DNA from: a bacterium | GTDB lineage: Bacteria > SAR324 > JACQKK01 | Direction of reading: 5' to 3' | Assembly (NCBI GenBank): GCA_965240465.1 | Contig: OZ251219.1 | Location: 151,046 to 215,045 of the forward strand | DNA: 64,000 bases | Made by a program: the position numbers and the translations under genes | Part shown: one piece after another, positions 27,833 through 37,380 of the stretch | Position numbering within the stretch: the first letter of the stretch is position 1 | How the letters are laid out: every line of letters begins with the position of its first letter | Notes under the pieces: generated by a model | The model's input: the letters and a program-made list of their open reading frames with translations, nothing else | Told to the model about the DNA's origin: nothing | The model's database searches: none

Positions 27833-29908
27833 TTATTCTGTCTGCTGTAATAAGGAAGGAGTGATAGATGGGTTGTTGTAAAGCAGATAGCGACTAGTTT
27901 CAAAAAGTCCCATTGCGAGAGTCTTCATGCTTTGAAATTTCTCTGGATATTGCTCTTTAATATCTTTTAGATAGGTTTTAGAACGATATTGATACATGTG
28001 ATCTTGTCCATCAAAGGAACGCTGGAAGTAAAAGCGTTTTTCAAGTAGTCCGATTTGCGGTGCGGACAAATTAGGACGAATGGTAAATATGGGGCGGTTG
28101 TGATCAATGTTGGGGGAGAAAAGGTTTTGTCCAAGTCCCCGATAGCGGTAGCTGAAGCCTAGTAGGCTAGTGATGGTGGGCAATAGGTCAACTTCACTGG
28201 CAATGGTTTCTATTTTGCGAGGGTTTTTGATGAGGTGAGGATTATAAAATACCAATGGAACATGAAAGCTGGTGATACCTAATTGGGTATATCCAGGGGG
28301 AATATGCTTGCCGGAAGATGGCAGTCCATGATCTCCCAGTATCACAAAAAGGGTGTTAGGGAAGTAATGTTCTTTTTCAGCTAACTGAAAAAAATGTCCC
28401 AGGGAAAAATCTAATAAACGGAAGGAATTGTATTCGGCAAGCGACTGGAATCCTGCGGCTTTGACTTCTTCATGAGGTATTTCTTTTGGTTGGAAATTAA
28501 GTCTGTTTTTGGGGATAGTATAGGGGCGATGGCTTCCTGAAGTTACAATGAAAGCAAAGAATGGCTGTTGTGTTTCTTTGAATACCCGATTAGCAGACTT
28601 AAAGAGGTCTAAGTCTGAAATGCCCCAAACATCTACCACGGGGGCATCATAGCTACCTTCTTCCATGAGTTGGAGATTTTTTATGTTGCTTTGGAGGGTC
28701 CCACGTAAATTACCCCAATTAGCACTACCTCCAATGAAGTAAAAGCGTTTGTACTCAGATGGCCACTCGTTAAGGAGTATATGCTGATCAACAATTAGAG
28801 GATTGCGGCTGGATGTATTAGAGGCGTCAACATCGGGGATGCCTACCAGGGCGGTAAACACGGAACGGGCTGTTCCTGCTGTGGGAGTATAAAAATTGGT
28901 GAATGTCCAAGAACGGGGCAGTAGGCTGTCTAGATTGGGTGTTGGCTGAGCTGGGTTTCCCAATGAACCAACAAAGTATGAGGAAAGAGACTCCATCATG
29001 ATGATCACCACATTAGTATTTTTAGGCATTAGTGGAGATGACGGCTTAATAAAGCGTTGATAAGAAAGGGGTGGCTGTTGGGGTGGGATATTAAGATATT
29101 TAGAGATGACCGGATAATATTTCTGAGTGGCATTGGCATCAAAGGATTGGACTCTATCTTCATAGGTATCAAAGAAAAATAAGACTGGGTTGAGTGCCAA
29201 TGCGTTTAGATATACATTATTTGTAAAATAGGCTTGGCTCCAACGCAGAGGGTACGCAGAGTTATTGCCATAAATGCCTACCAGCAGGCCAATCACTGCC
29301 AACACTGACAGAATATATCTTTGCCAGCGTTGCTTTATAGAACATGAAGGTTCTTGCTTAAGGAATATCGGCAACACCATTCTCCAAATTAGCCAGCTGT
29401 AGAATGCCATACCTCCGAGTACAAACAGCAGGATAGCTAAAACAGGATAGGTCTCCCATACCATGCGAGTAGATAACTGAGCCGCCTGAAGGAACTCAAG
29501 CAAAGAAGCGTTAAAACGCGTTTCTTGATAAGCAAAATTGCCAAAATCTATTACATATACTAGCTGACATAAAAAGATTGCCAGAGTAAGCCAGAGCCAC
29601 CACACCACTCTCATAAATCTGTAACGAGGGTTCAACCATGGAATTACACTGAATATCACCAATGGCAAAATTATTAATAATCCCAACCGTAAGTCAAATC
29701 TCAGTCCCAGCTGAAAAGAGTGCCAGAAATCTGCGTATGAGTACTGGGCGGCAGATTTTTCATTAAAACTAATCACAAAGGCGATTCGCAATAAAGCAAA
29801 CCAAAGAAAATTTAATCCTGCTATCAATAAAAAAGCCCGTGTACAAGGACTCAGCAATTTTTGCCATCCCTGTCTCAGGCTTATCAGTAGGGTATTATGC
29901 TTCCACAT
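27833..29908 (-). CDS. LTA-synthase/phosphoglycerol-transferase family (membrane-anchored sulfatase-fold) protein
   Basis: 691 aa. The N-terminus has about 5 TM segments. The extracytoplasmic sulfatase-fold domain carries NVVIIMMESL, TPTAGTARSVFTALVG, SGSHRPY and FVILGDHG. Confidence 0.8.
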   Translation of the reverse strand: MWKHNTLLISLRQGWQKLLSPCTRAFLLIAGLNFLWFALLRIAFVISFNEKSAAQYSYADFWHSFQLGLRFDLRLGLLIILPLVIFSVIPWLNPRYRFMRVVWWLWLTLAIFLCQLVYVIDFGNFAYQETRFNASLLEFLQAAQLSTRMVWETYPVLAILLFVLGGMAFYSWLIWRMVLPIFLKQEPSCSIKQRWQRYILSVLAVIGLLVGIYGNNSAYPLRWSQAYFTNNVYLNALALNPVLFFFDTYEDRVQSFDANATQKYYPVISKYLNIPPQQPPLSYQRFIKPSSPLMPKNTNVVIIMMESLSSYFVGSLGNPAQPTPNLDSLLPRSWTFTNFYTPTAGTARSVFTALVGIPDVDASNTSSRNPLIVDQHILLNEWPSEYKRFYFIGGSANWGNLRGTLQSNIKNLQLMEEGSYDAPVVDVWGISDLDLFKSANRVFKETQQPFFAFIVTSGSHRPYTIPKNRLNFQPKEIPHEEVKAAGFQSLAEYNSFRLLDFSLGHFFQLAEKEHYFPNTLFVILGDHGLPSSGKHIPPGYTQLGITSFHVPLVFYNPHLIKNPRKIETIASEVDLLPTITSLLGFSYRYRGLGQNLFSPNIDHNRPIFTIRPNLSAPQIGLLEKRFYFQRSFDGQDHMYQYRSKTYLKDIKEQYPEKFQSMKTLAMGLFETSRYLLYNNPSITPSLLQQTE

Positions 29909-29936
29909 GATTTTTTATAGTATCTTTCACAATTTA

Positions 29937-31763
29937 TTACGGTCGCATACGGTTAACCAACCTGGCATAGCGACCTCCTTTTTTCATAAGTTGCTGATGA
30001 GTACCACTCTCTGCAATGCGACCTTGATGAATCATAAGAATGTTGTCTGCTTTGCGAATGGTACTTAAGCGGTGAGCAATGGCTATCACTGTACGATCTT
30101 GAAATAGATTCTGAACTGCTTTTTGAATAGCCTGTTCAGTTATAGAATCCACCGCACTAGTGGCCTCATCTAGTACAATCAGTTCTGACTTCCAAGCTAC
30201 TGCACGTGCCAACGAGAATAGTTGCTTTTGTCCCGCAGAGAAATTATCGGCTCCAAGCCTCACCTGATTCTGATACCCCTCCTCCAGTTTATTAATGAAA
30301 GGGTCAACTTGTGCATATTGGGCAGCTTCTTTAAGCTGCGACATAGAAACATCTTTTCCCATGCCAATGTTAAAAGCTACAGACCCTTGAAATAGAAATA
30401 CATCTTGATGAACAACCGCCATCAAGCGATTAATTTCATCAGCTGAGAATTTTCTTAGCTCTCTTCCATTTATAAGAATTTCACCTCTATAACCATCATA
30501 GGCCTGCATCAGCAACTTAACGATGGAAGACTTGCCAGCTCCTGTCGCTCCAACAATGGCTAAATTCTGCCCACGATGAAGAACAAAACTAACCCCTTTT
30601 AATACCTCTTCTCCATCTTCCCGATATGAGAATTTAACATCCTTAAACTCTAATGATTGAAAAACCCCAGTATCTTCTATGATAGGACGATAATCCGGAT
30701 TAATAACCTCACAGGAAGCAATTGGCTGATCACATATCCCACTGATGTGACTTAAAGATGCAAGAGAGTGCTGGAATAGAGCAATTTGTTGGGAAAATCC
30801 TTTCAGCGGTAAAAATAACTTCTGGATGTAGTCCACAAAAGCTACCAGTACACCTAAACTCAGGATCCCTAATTTCAACTGAATGGCACCCACAGCTAGC
30901 ACTGCCGCAATAGATAACACAGTAAAAAATTCCATGGAGGCATAAAGAGCCGAATCGTAAAAAATAGAAACGTTTTGAGCTTTTAAAAAACGTTCACTCT
31001 TGACTTTGAAGGTATGCCTAGCACGGTGTTCCGTCCGAAATAATTGCAGAGCCTTAACCCCTGCTAAGCATTCATGCAGCCAGCCTGTAGCATAAGCAAG
31101 GGCACGGTGGGTTTCGTAAAAGATAGTCCGAACGCGGACCCGAAACAAGATGATTACCAATACTACCATGGGTAAAATAAGAAACAGTACCACCGTCAAT
31201 CGTGCATTCAGTAGAAACATTGCGATAAGGAATGCCATCATTTTTAGTAATTTCACCACCATTTCCATGATCTGGGTACTAAATCCATCTGCTAATATTT
31301 CTATATCACTGGTGACACGGGTCAACACCGAACCGATGGGATGTTTATCAAAGTAGCTACGCGGCAATCTGAGGGTATGTGCAAATACTTTAGATCGCAT
31401 GGATGCCAGTATATTTTGCATGATATGCTCTACAACGATTAAATAGATAGCGTCTATCATATAGTCCAGTAGCACTACAGAAATGGCTACGGAGGTTAAG
31501 GTCAAGACACCCCCCCGATACGGACTGAGGTCTTTTTCTTTAATAGCAGGAAGGAGGTAGTCATCAATTGCTATCTTAGTGAGCCAAGTAGGCACACTAG
31601 CCACAAAAGCAGATAATGGCAATAACAACAATACGCCTAGAAGCACCCAACGCCAGCGTACAATATCCGGCCACATCATGAGAAATAATGGAGATGGTTC
31701 ACCTCTTGCTGAAAACCGCCTAAAAAATTTATCAAGCCACAACGGAAGACACTCGTTGCTCAT
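29937..31763 (-). CDS. ABC exporter half-transporter (TMD-NBD), consensus ATP site
   Basis: 608 aa. Six-helix TMD, then Walker A GATGAGKSS, signature FSAGQKQL, Walker B LIVLDEATSAVD and H-loop AIAHRLST. Its start overlaps the upstream gene's stop (ATGA). Confidence 0.9.
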   Translation of the reverse strand: MSNECLPLWLDKFFRRFSARGEPSPLFLMMWPDIVRWRWVLLGVLLLLPLSAFVASVPTWLTKIAIDDYLLPAIKEKDLSPYRGGVLTLTSVAISVVLLDYMIDAIYLIVVEHIMQNILASMRSKVFAHTLRLPRSYFDKHPIGSVLTRVTSDIEILADGFSTQIMEMVVKLLKMMAFLIAMFLLNARLTVVLFLILPMVVLVIILFRVRVRTIFYETHRALAYATGWLHECLAGVKALQLFRTEHRARHTFKVKSERFLKAQNVSIFYDSALYASMEFFTVLSIAAVLAVGAIQLKLGILSLGVLVAFVDYIQKLFLPLKGFSQQIALFQHSLASLSHISGICDQPIASCEVINPDYRPIIEDTGVFQSLEFKDVKFSYREDGEEVLKGVSFVLHRGQNLAIVGATGAGKSSIVKLLMQAYDGYRGEILINGRELRKFSADEINRLMAVVHQDVFLFQGSVAFNIGMGKDVSMSQLKEAAQYAQVDPFINKLEEGYQNQVRLGADNFSAGQKQLFSLARAVAWKSELIVLDEATSAVDSITEQAIQKAVQNLFQDRTVIAIAHRLSTIRKADNILMIHQGRIAESGTHQQLMKKGGRYARLVNRMRP

Positions 31764-33748
31764 AAAACCTCATCCTTTTTTATGAGATTATCAGACAAAC
31801 TATCAGCTGGAATTTGAGAAATTTCTTTAGGATCCCCATAATCAGGAGAATAATCAGCTTCTGTCAAAGCACTATCAAGTGAACGCTCTTGTTGCAGAAG
31901 CCAAGCATCGCGATATATTCCTTTATGTTTAATTAATTCCTGGTGGCTATCGCAGGCCTGCAATTTACCCTCGCTTAGAATCAATACCCGCGTCGCTCTT
32001 TCTAGGGCTGAGATACGATGAGAAATAATCAGTGTAGATTGGGCATTTTGGAACTTATAAATTTGATCTACTAGTAATTTTTCAGTACGGTGATCAACTG
32101 CAGAAAGAACATCATCCAGCACCAGCAGTCCACATTGACGCAACATGCTCCTGGCCAAGGAAACACGCTGTTTTTGACCTCCGGAGAGGGTAACACCCAT
32201 CTCTCCCACCATGGTTTGGATACCCTGAGGGAATTTTGCTAAATCAGGTGCAAGGCCGGCTTTGCGAGCTACGCTAATAATCTCGGTGCTCTTTTCAGGA
32301 GATATTTCTCCAGCAATAGAGCCCTGTGCCTGAGAGGATTTTGAGTCTTCTAATTCTTCAGCAGAAAGTCCAGAAAGTAAAAATGGGGATTTCTTTTTCT
32401 CTACTTCAACCATGTGACTGTCTGCATCTTCCCCAAAGGCTATATTAGCTTCAATAGTATCAGAAAAAAGCTGGGGGTCTTGTGTTATCAACAAAATCTT
32501 ACTGCGTAAGGTAGAAAGACTCAATTTACAGACATCCACACCATCCAGAAATATAGTACCCAAAGGTGGAGTGAGCCATCCACACAACAAATTAGCTAGG
32601 GTGCTTTTTCCTTGTCCAACCAATCCAAATATACCTATTACATCCCCAGGGCGAACGGTAAAAGAAATATCTCGTAAGACAAATTGCTCCAGATTACTAG
32701 GATAACACCAAGAAAGTGAACGCACTTCCAGTCCTTGCTGTAACTTATAGGGTAAAGGCGGTTCTTCAGCTGGTGATATAAGCGGAGGTTCAGGACTAGC
32801 ATCAAATATCGTCTTAAGGCTTCGCAGTGCCACCAAACCACGCTGAATCACAAATAACATATAGCTCGTCCCCATTAAGGGCGATGATAGCAAGGAAAGA
32901 TACAATAAGTAGGCAGCAAAATCCCCAATGCTCATCTCATTTGTAACAAGCAGATTGGCAGCCAGTAGCACTAACAGTACCTTCAATATATTCACTAGCT
33001 GTCCGAGAATGGGTACAAAAATAGTCTCTGTACGTACAATCTTCATGGAAATTTCTTTCAAAGAGATACTGAATGCATTAAACCCTTTCTCAGCCCAACC
33101 AAAACCACGATAAGAACGTAGTACATCCAAACCCTTGTAGGCTTCAAGGGTAAAAGCAGATATTTTACGTAGAATTTCCATGTGCCTAGAGTGATAGCGT
33201 TTCACAATTCGCATGGACATTTGTAAGCCCACCAAAGCTAGCAGAATAGGGGCGATAACATATAAGGTGATCTGGGGAGAAATTTGAAACATCAGCCAAG
33301 GAACAACGATCATAGTGACAGTGCCTTTAAATATAAACAGCATTCCGAATCCCATCATAAGACGTACCCCAGTAACATCATTGTTGATGCGAGAGATTAA
33401 TTCTCCACTAGGATTTTGGACAAAGAATTGATGATGCATTACCATTAGATGTTTCAACATACTATTTTTTAAGTCGTATTCTATTATCCTGCTGGAACCA
33501 AAGAAACACAGGTGAACTACCGGATGAAGGACAAGAGCAAGCAGTCCCAGCAACATCATCCAAATGATTCCCTTCAAAAATAGGGGGTCGCTAAATTCAC
33601 CGCCTTTTTGTAAGACATCAATAGTTAATTTTATCCAGGATGGGATATAAAAAAGCGACCACATACTTATCCCCAAGGATATTAATCCTATTAAGTATGT
33701 CACCCGATGCTCATTCAGCAAGGATGTGATAAACCTCCATGAATTCAT
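31760..33748 (-). CDS. ABC exporter half-transporter (TMD-NBD), degenerate catalytic site and NBD insertion
   Basis: 662 aa. Walker A GLVGQGKST, signature LSGGQKQR. Walker B reads LLVLDDVLSAVD, with Asp where the catalytic Glu normally follows. About 40 extra residues lie between AFGEDAD and the FPQGIQTMVGE segment. Confidence 0.9.
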   Translation of the reverse strand: MNSWRFITSLLNEHRVTYLIGLISLGISMWSLFYIPSWIKLTIDVLQKGGEFSDPLFLKGIIWMMLLGLLALVLHPVVHLCFFGSSRIIEYDLKNSMLKHLMVMHHQFFVQNPSGELISRINNDVTGVRLMMGFGMLFIFKGTVTMIVVPWLMFQISPQITLYVIAPILLALVGLQMSMRIVKRYHSRHMEILRKISAFTLEAYKGLDVLRSYRGFGWAEKGFNAFSISLKEISMKIVRTETIFVPILGQLVNILKVLLVLLAANLLVTNEMSIGDFAAYLLYLSLLSSPLMGTSYMLFVIQRGLVALRSLKTIFDASPEPPLISPAEEPPLPYKLQQGLEVRSLSWCYPSNLEQFVLRDISFTVRPGDVIGIFGLVGQGKSTLANLLCGWLTPPLGTIFLDGVDVCKLSLSTLRSKILLITQDPQLFSDTIEANIAFGEDADSHMVEVEKKKSPFLLSGLSAEELEDSKSSQAQGSIAGEISPEKSTEIISVARKAGLAPDLAKFPQGIQTMVGEMGVTLSGGQKQRVSLARSMLRQCGLLVLDDVLSAVDHRTEKLLVDQIYKFQNAQSTLIISHRISALERATRVLILSEGKLQACDSHQELIKHKGIYRDAWLLQQERSLDSALTEADYSPDYGDPKEISQIPADSLSDNLIKKDEVL

Positions 33749-33845
33749 ATGGCGATATTAATGATATAAAAATCAATAAATTAAAAGATTCAAATATTTA
33801 GAGTCACAAGTAAAAAACTTTACCTACACAATGAATACGTCATAG

Positions 33846-33880
33846 TGAACACAGCATATTGAACACAGCATATTGACATA
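33846..33880. repeat. perfect 14-bp tandem direct repeat TGAACACAGCATAT x2 plus a partial third unit (TGACATA)
   Basis: Read directly: 33846-33859 and 33860-33873 are identical, followed by TGACATA. Located in the divergent intergenic region between the ABC exporter operon and the methyltransferase gene. Confidence 0.9.
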
Positions 33881-33963
33881 AAGGAAGATTGTGCCTTATC
33901 TATATTGTTATTACTAGAGAAAACCCACCCAGAAAGAATGATTCTTTGGATTTGGATTAGTCA

Positions 33964-35052
33964 ATGGAAGAATTTTTTCCCCTTACCTTTCATCAAAGTG
34001 CCTGGCAGCCAAGATTGATCAAGAGCCTGCAAGATAACTTGCAGAAAGGACAAATACCCAACTGGTGGATGTACCGAAGCACAAATCAATCAGCTTGTTG
34101 GCAAGAGTATAGTACTCATTACAGTCCTTGGAATTTGCAGCGAGAAAAATTGCTACAAATGTACCGAGATGCCTGCATTTGGATTTCTCGCATGGTGGCA
34201 GACAGGCCTGTACAAGTAATTAGTCTAGGACCTGGTGACGGCACAAAAGATGGGATGTTAATGAAAATCTTGTTGGATGGCGGGGTACGCAAGCCATCCG
34301 ACATGATTTATACACCCTTAGACATTAGTGCAGAGTTGTGTATCCGTGCTACTAATCGTGTTAAGTCCTTAGTGCCAGATATAATAACGAAACCGTTGGT
34401 GGTGCAAATAGAGCAATATCCGAGGCTTCGTCCTTGGTGGATGAGACATGAAGCCCAAAGTAATGTGCTTGGCCGTGCAATTAGGATTATCACCTGCTTT
34501 GGTATAATTCCAAATATGGATGTAGCACCTTTTCTAGATTGGCTCAAGCGAATGATGCGTCCTAGCGATTGGCTGTTGATATCGGTAAATCTCTCTCCCC
34601 CGATTACAGAAGCTATCCCCCTTATTATGCCCCAATATGACAACTCCCTTGCCCGAGCCTGGTACAAAAGCGGCCTGGATTCTTTGGGAATCGGTCGACA
34701 ACGAGTCAGCATGAATATTCATCCCGAAGCCCTAAATGAAGATGGAAGTGCTTGGCGAGTGTGCTTGAGCTTAAGTAGTCTTAATGCCAAACGCAGCCTA
34801 AAAATCACGCCATTTTCTTCTGAGATCATTGAGCTGGAATTGGAAAATCCTCTGCGGCTATTTTTTTCAAATAGATTTGAGTCCGAAACGTTTTCCTTCC
34901 TGATGAGGCAACAAGGTCTATCTACCTCAAAACAGTGGCTGGAAGAAAAGAAATGCTGGGAAGGGATATTTGCATCTAGAATTATCCCTACCGGGACGAA
35001 AGAAATTGCCCCCATTCTACCCGACTTAAAAAGCTCTTCCCGATCCAATTAG
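33964..35052 (+). CDS. SAM-dependent methyltransferase, EgtD-like (Methyltransf_33 / histidine N-alpha-methyltransferase family)
   Basis: 362 aa. IPNWWMY...(Y/W)-rich N-terminal segment, VISLGPGDGTKDGMLMKILL (SAM loop), IYTPLDISAELC and ITCFGIIPNMD parallel the EgtD pattern (LP.KWFYD..., ELGSG...K...LL, Y.P.DIS...L, FLGS.IGNF). Family-level call only. Confidence 0.5.
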   Translation: MEEFFPLTFHQSAWQPRLIKSLQDNLQKGQIPNWWMYRSTNQSACWQEYSTHYSPWNLQREKLLQMYRDACIWISRMVADRPVQVISLGPGDGTKDGMLMKILLDGGVRKPSDMIYTPLDISAELCIRATNRVKSLVPDIITKPLVVQIEQYPRLRPWWMRHEAQSNVLGRAIRIITCFGIIPNMDVAPFLDWLKRMMRPSDWLLISVNLSPPITEAIPLIMPQYDNSLARAWYKSGLDSLGIGRQRVSMNIHPEALNEDGSAWRVCLSLSSLNAKRSLKITPFSSEIIELELENPLRLFFSNRFESETFSFLMRQQGLSTSKQWLEEKKCWEGIFASRIIPTGTKEIAPILPDLKSSSRSN

Positions 35053-35995
35053 AGCGACCACGTACGAATTCCTCCCAGTCCAAAGGGTCGGCTCCCTCCA
35101 GCTGTACTCGCAGAAGCCTAACTCCACCTGAAAGAGCTCGCACACAGCCATCGGCATGCAGCACCCCCATTGCTTCCATCGGAGGTTTAACCTCTTCCAT
35201 AGCTAAGAAAAACAACCGCCGTCCTTCTATCCATCCTGAACAACCCGGCCAAGACTTAAAAGCACGCATTTTTCTCAAAATTCCCTGGGTGTCCTCCCTA
35301 GAAAAATCTATCCAGCCATCTTCTTTCTTTAGACGCTTACACCAAGTGACTTCCCCTTCACACTGTTGAAAGCCTCCAGCTGTTCCGGTTGTCAATTTGG
35401 GAATCATCTCAGATAACAACCCTGCCGCTCGCTGGCTGAGCCTAGTACCTAACACCAGTACGTCATCTTCTTTGCTTATTTTTTCTCTGGCTGTAGCCAC
35501 CACTAATCCAGCATCTAATTTTTTTTGCATGCGTTGTAAGCTTACTCCTGTTTCTGAGTCGCCAGCTAGCAAAGCAGCTTGCATTGGACTAGCTCCTCTC
35601 CAACGAGGAAGCAAGGAAAAGTGCAGATTAAACATACCCAACTTTGCCATTTCCAAAACCCACCCCGGCAACAGACGACCATAAGCACACACCACTCCCA
35701 ATTCCATTCCCCACTGCTCAAGCTGTTTGCCTACTATCGTACGCTCTAATTCACCGGGTCCTAACCATGGCAACCCTAAGCGTTCAGCTTCCCGATGAAC
35801 TGCACAAGGGCGATACCTTGGCTTTATTTTTATATTCTGTTCGCTTTTGTGCTTCTTGCCTCCCCTGCCAGCTACACGCGGAGGTTGAGTAACTACTCCC
35901 ACCAACCGTACCTGATCATGCTCAGCTAATGAATTCAATGCAGGTACTGCCAATTCGGGACTGCCAAAAAACACCGTCCGCACTTGATTGTTCAT
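34988..35995 (-). CDS. fmt: methionyl-tRNA formyltransferase
   Basis: 335 aa: VFFGSPELAVPAL, VVTQPPRVAGRGGK, NLHFSLLPRWRGASPMQAALLAGDSETGVSLQRM. The C-terminal domain is present. The 3' end overlaps the convergent methyltransferase gene by 65 nt. Confidence 0.9.
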   Translation of the reverse strand: MNNQVRTVFFGSPELAVPALNSLAEHDQVRLVGVVTQPPRVAGRGGKKHKSEQNIKIKPRYRPCAVHREAERLGLPWLGPGELERTIVGKQLEQWGMELGVVCAYGRLLPGWVLEMAKLGMFNLHFSLLPRWRGASPMQAALLAGDSETGVSLQRMQKKLDAGLVVATAREKISKEDDVLVLGTRLSQRAAGLLSEMIPKLTTGTAGGFQQCEGEVTWCKRLKKEDGWIDFSREDTQGILRKMRAFKSWPGCSGWIEGRRLFFLAMEEVKPPMEAMGVLHADGCVRALSGGVRLLRVQLEGADPLDWEEFVRGRSNWIGKSFLSRVEWGQFLSSR

Positions 35996-36002
35996 GGGTT
36001 CG

Positions 36003-37352
36003 CTATTTTTTATCCTTTTTCTTTACCTTCCCACCATTTTTACTAGTACGCATTCGCAAGGCTTCAGCCTGTGAGAATAGATGCTCGGACTCAGAAAGAT
36101 GTATAATCTTCTCACTTTCCTGCTCAAAACGTGCCCTTGAGTACCCAAGCACGGGAGAACGCTTGATAAAATCACCTACCCCCAAGGAAGATGAAAATCT
36201 CGCCCGCCCGCCTGTAGGAACCAAATGATTAGTACCACCAAAACAATAACCCACCGACTGCGGAGTATGCGGGCCCAAGAATATCGCCCCTGCCTGACAA
36301 ACATGTGCCAATTGTGAGAAGGGGTCTGCTGTCAGTAACTCCAAGTTTGCAGGTGCCAGCTCATTGATCACCTCCAAGCCGGCTGCTAAGTCTTTCACTA
36401 CTACAATACCGGATCCATTGGCAAAAGAGGCTTTAATTATATCTGCTCTGGGTAAGGTGGGAATCAATTCTTCCAAACAAAGAGTCACTGCTTGTGCCTG
36501 TTTCTGGCTGGTGGTCACCAACATTGCACGAGCCTCATCATCTTGTTCAGCTTGAGCAAGTAGATCGCCAGCCAAGTATCCCGCCGGGATATCTCCTCGG
36601 GTACACAGAATGACAAGCTCACTGGGCTCTGTGAGTAAATCAACTCCCACCTCGCCATATATTTGGCGTTTAGCTTCGGCAACCCCGCGATTGCTAGGAC
36701 CCACAATTTTGTCCACCCGTGGAATACTCTCTGTTCCCCATGCCAGAGCTGCTATCGCCTGCACTCCTCCTACCGCGTATATATGCTCCAATCCCAGCAA
36801 TGCTCCAGCTGCCAAAATATTACTATGTGGCAAGCCATCTTTACCGGGGGATGCCGCTACTAAGATCTCCTTTACCCCTGCTAGCTGGGCTGGCACTACC
36901 CCCATAAACAAGCTCGCAGGACCACCACCACCCCGACCATCAGGTACACACACCCCAACCCTATCCAATGGCGATACCTTCCATCCTACCACGCTACCAT
37001 CCGAGCAAAACTCAAACCGACTATCTTCACATTGACGTGAATGAAATTGCTCAATGTTGTTGAGTGCCTCAATCCAAACGTCTTTCAATACTGGGTTCAG
37101 CCCAGACAGGGCTGCTTCCATCAGGTCTACTCCCACCAGCAAAGAAGGAACCTCAACCTCATCAAAACGGCGGGTATATTCCAATAATGCCGCATCCCCC
37201 TTGATACGCACCCTTTCTAATACATCCCGCACATGGGCTTGGATTTCCTCATTTTCTACCCTAGGTCGCTTGTCTAAATGCTCCCAGTATTCTTCCAACG
37301 AAGAAAAAATAGCCACCAATCCAATTTCTGACATCAGATTACTCTTCCTCAA
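36003..37352 (-). CDS. hisD: histidinol dehydrogenase
   Basis: 449 aa: IKGDAALLEYTRRFD, IVGPSNRGVAEAKRQIYGEVGVDLLTEPSELVIL, ...AQAEQD..A, APANLELL, GAIFLG.HTP.S.G.Y..GTNHLVPTGG.ARF.S.LGV.DF.K. Lys-rich C-terminal tail. Confidence 0.93.
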   Translation of the reverse strand: MRKSNLMSEIGLVAIFSSLEEYWEHLDKRPRVENEEIQAHVRDVLERVRIKGDAALLEYTRRFDEVEVPSLLVGVDLMEAALSGLNPVLKDVWIEALNNIEQFHSRQCEDSRFEFCSDGSVVGWKVSPLDRVGVCVPDGRGGGGPASLFMGVVPAQLAGVKEILVAASPGKDGLPHSNILAAGALLGLEHIYAVGGVQAIAALAWGTESIPRVDKIVGPSNRGVAEAKRQIYGEVGVDLLTEPSELVILCTRGDIPAGYLAGDLLAQAEQDDEARAMLVTTSQKQAQAVTLCLEELIPTLPRADIIKASFANGSGIVVVKDLAAGLEVINELAPANLELLTADPFSQLAHVCQAGAIFLGPHTPQSVGYCFGGTNHLVPTGGRARFSSSLGVGDFIKRSPVLGYSRARFEQESEKIIHLSESEHLFSQAEALRMRTSKNGGKVKKKDKK

Positions 37353-37380
37353 GATATCTAAAGGCTAACTCTCAAACCGA

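Noticed and set aside
33846-33880. The 14-bp tandem repeats (here and at 44673-44714) as a possible CRISPR array or mobile-element end.
   Set aside because: The units are directly adjacent with no spacers, number only 2-3 copies and are 14 bp long. No cas genes, transposase or integrase, and no flanking inverted repeats or target duplications are visible.
36610-37035. A 141-aa Pro/Thr/Ser-rich ORF on the plus strand (…AGPPPPRPSGTHTPTLSNG…) and its neighbours inside the hisD region.
   Set aside because: It is antisense to a complete, motif-rich hisD gene. The composition is the mirror image of hisD's Gly/Ala/Val-rich codons, so it is not independent coding evidence.
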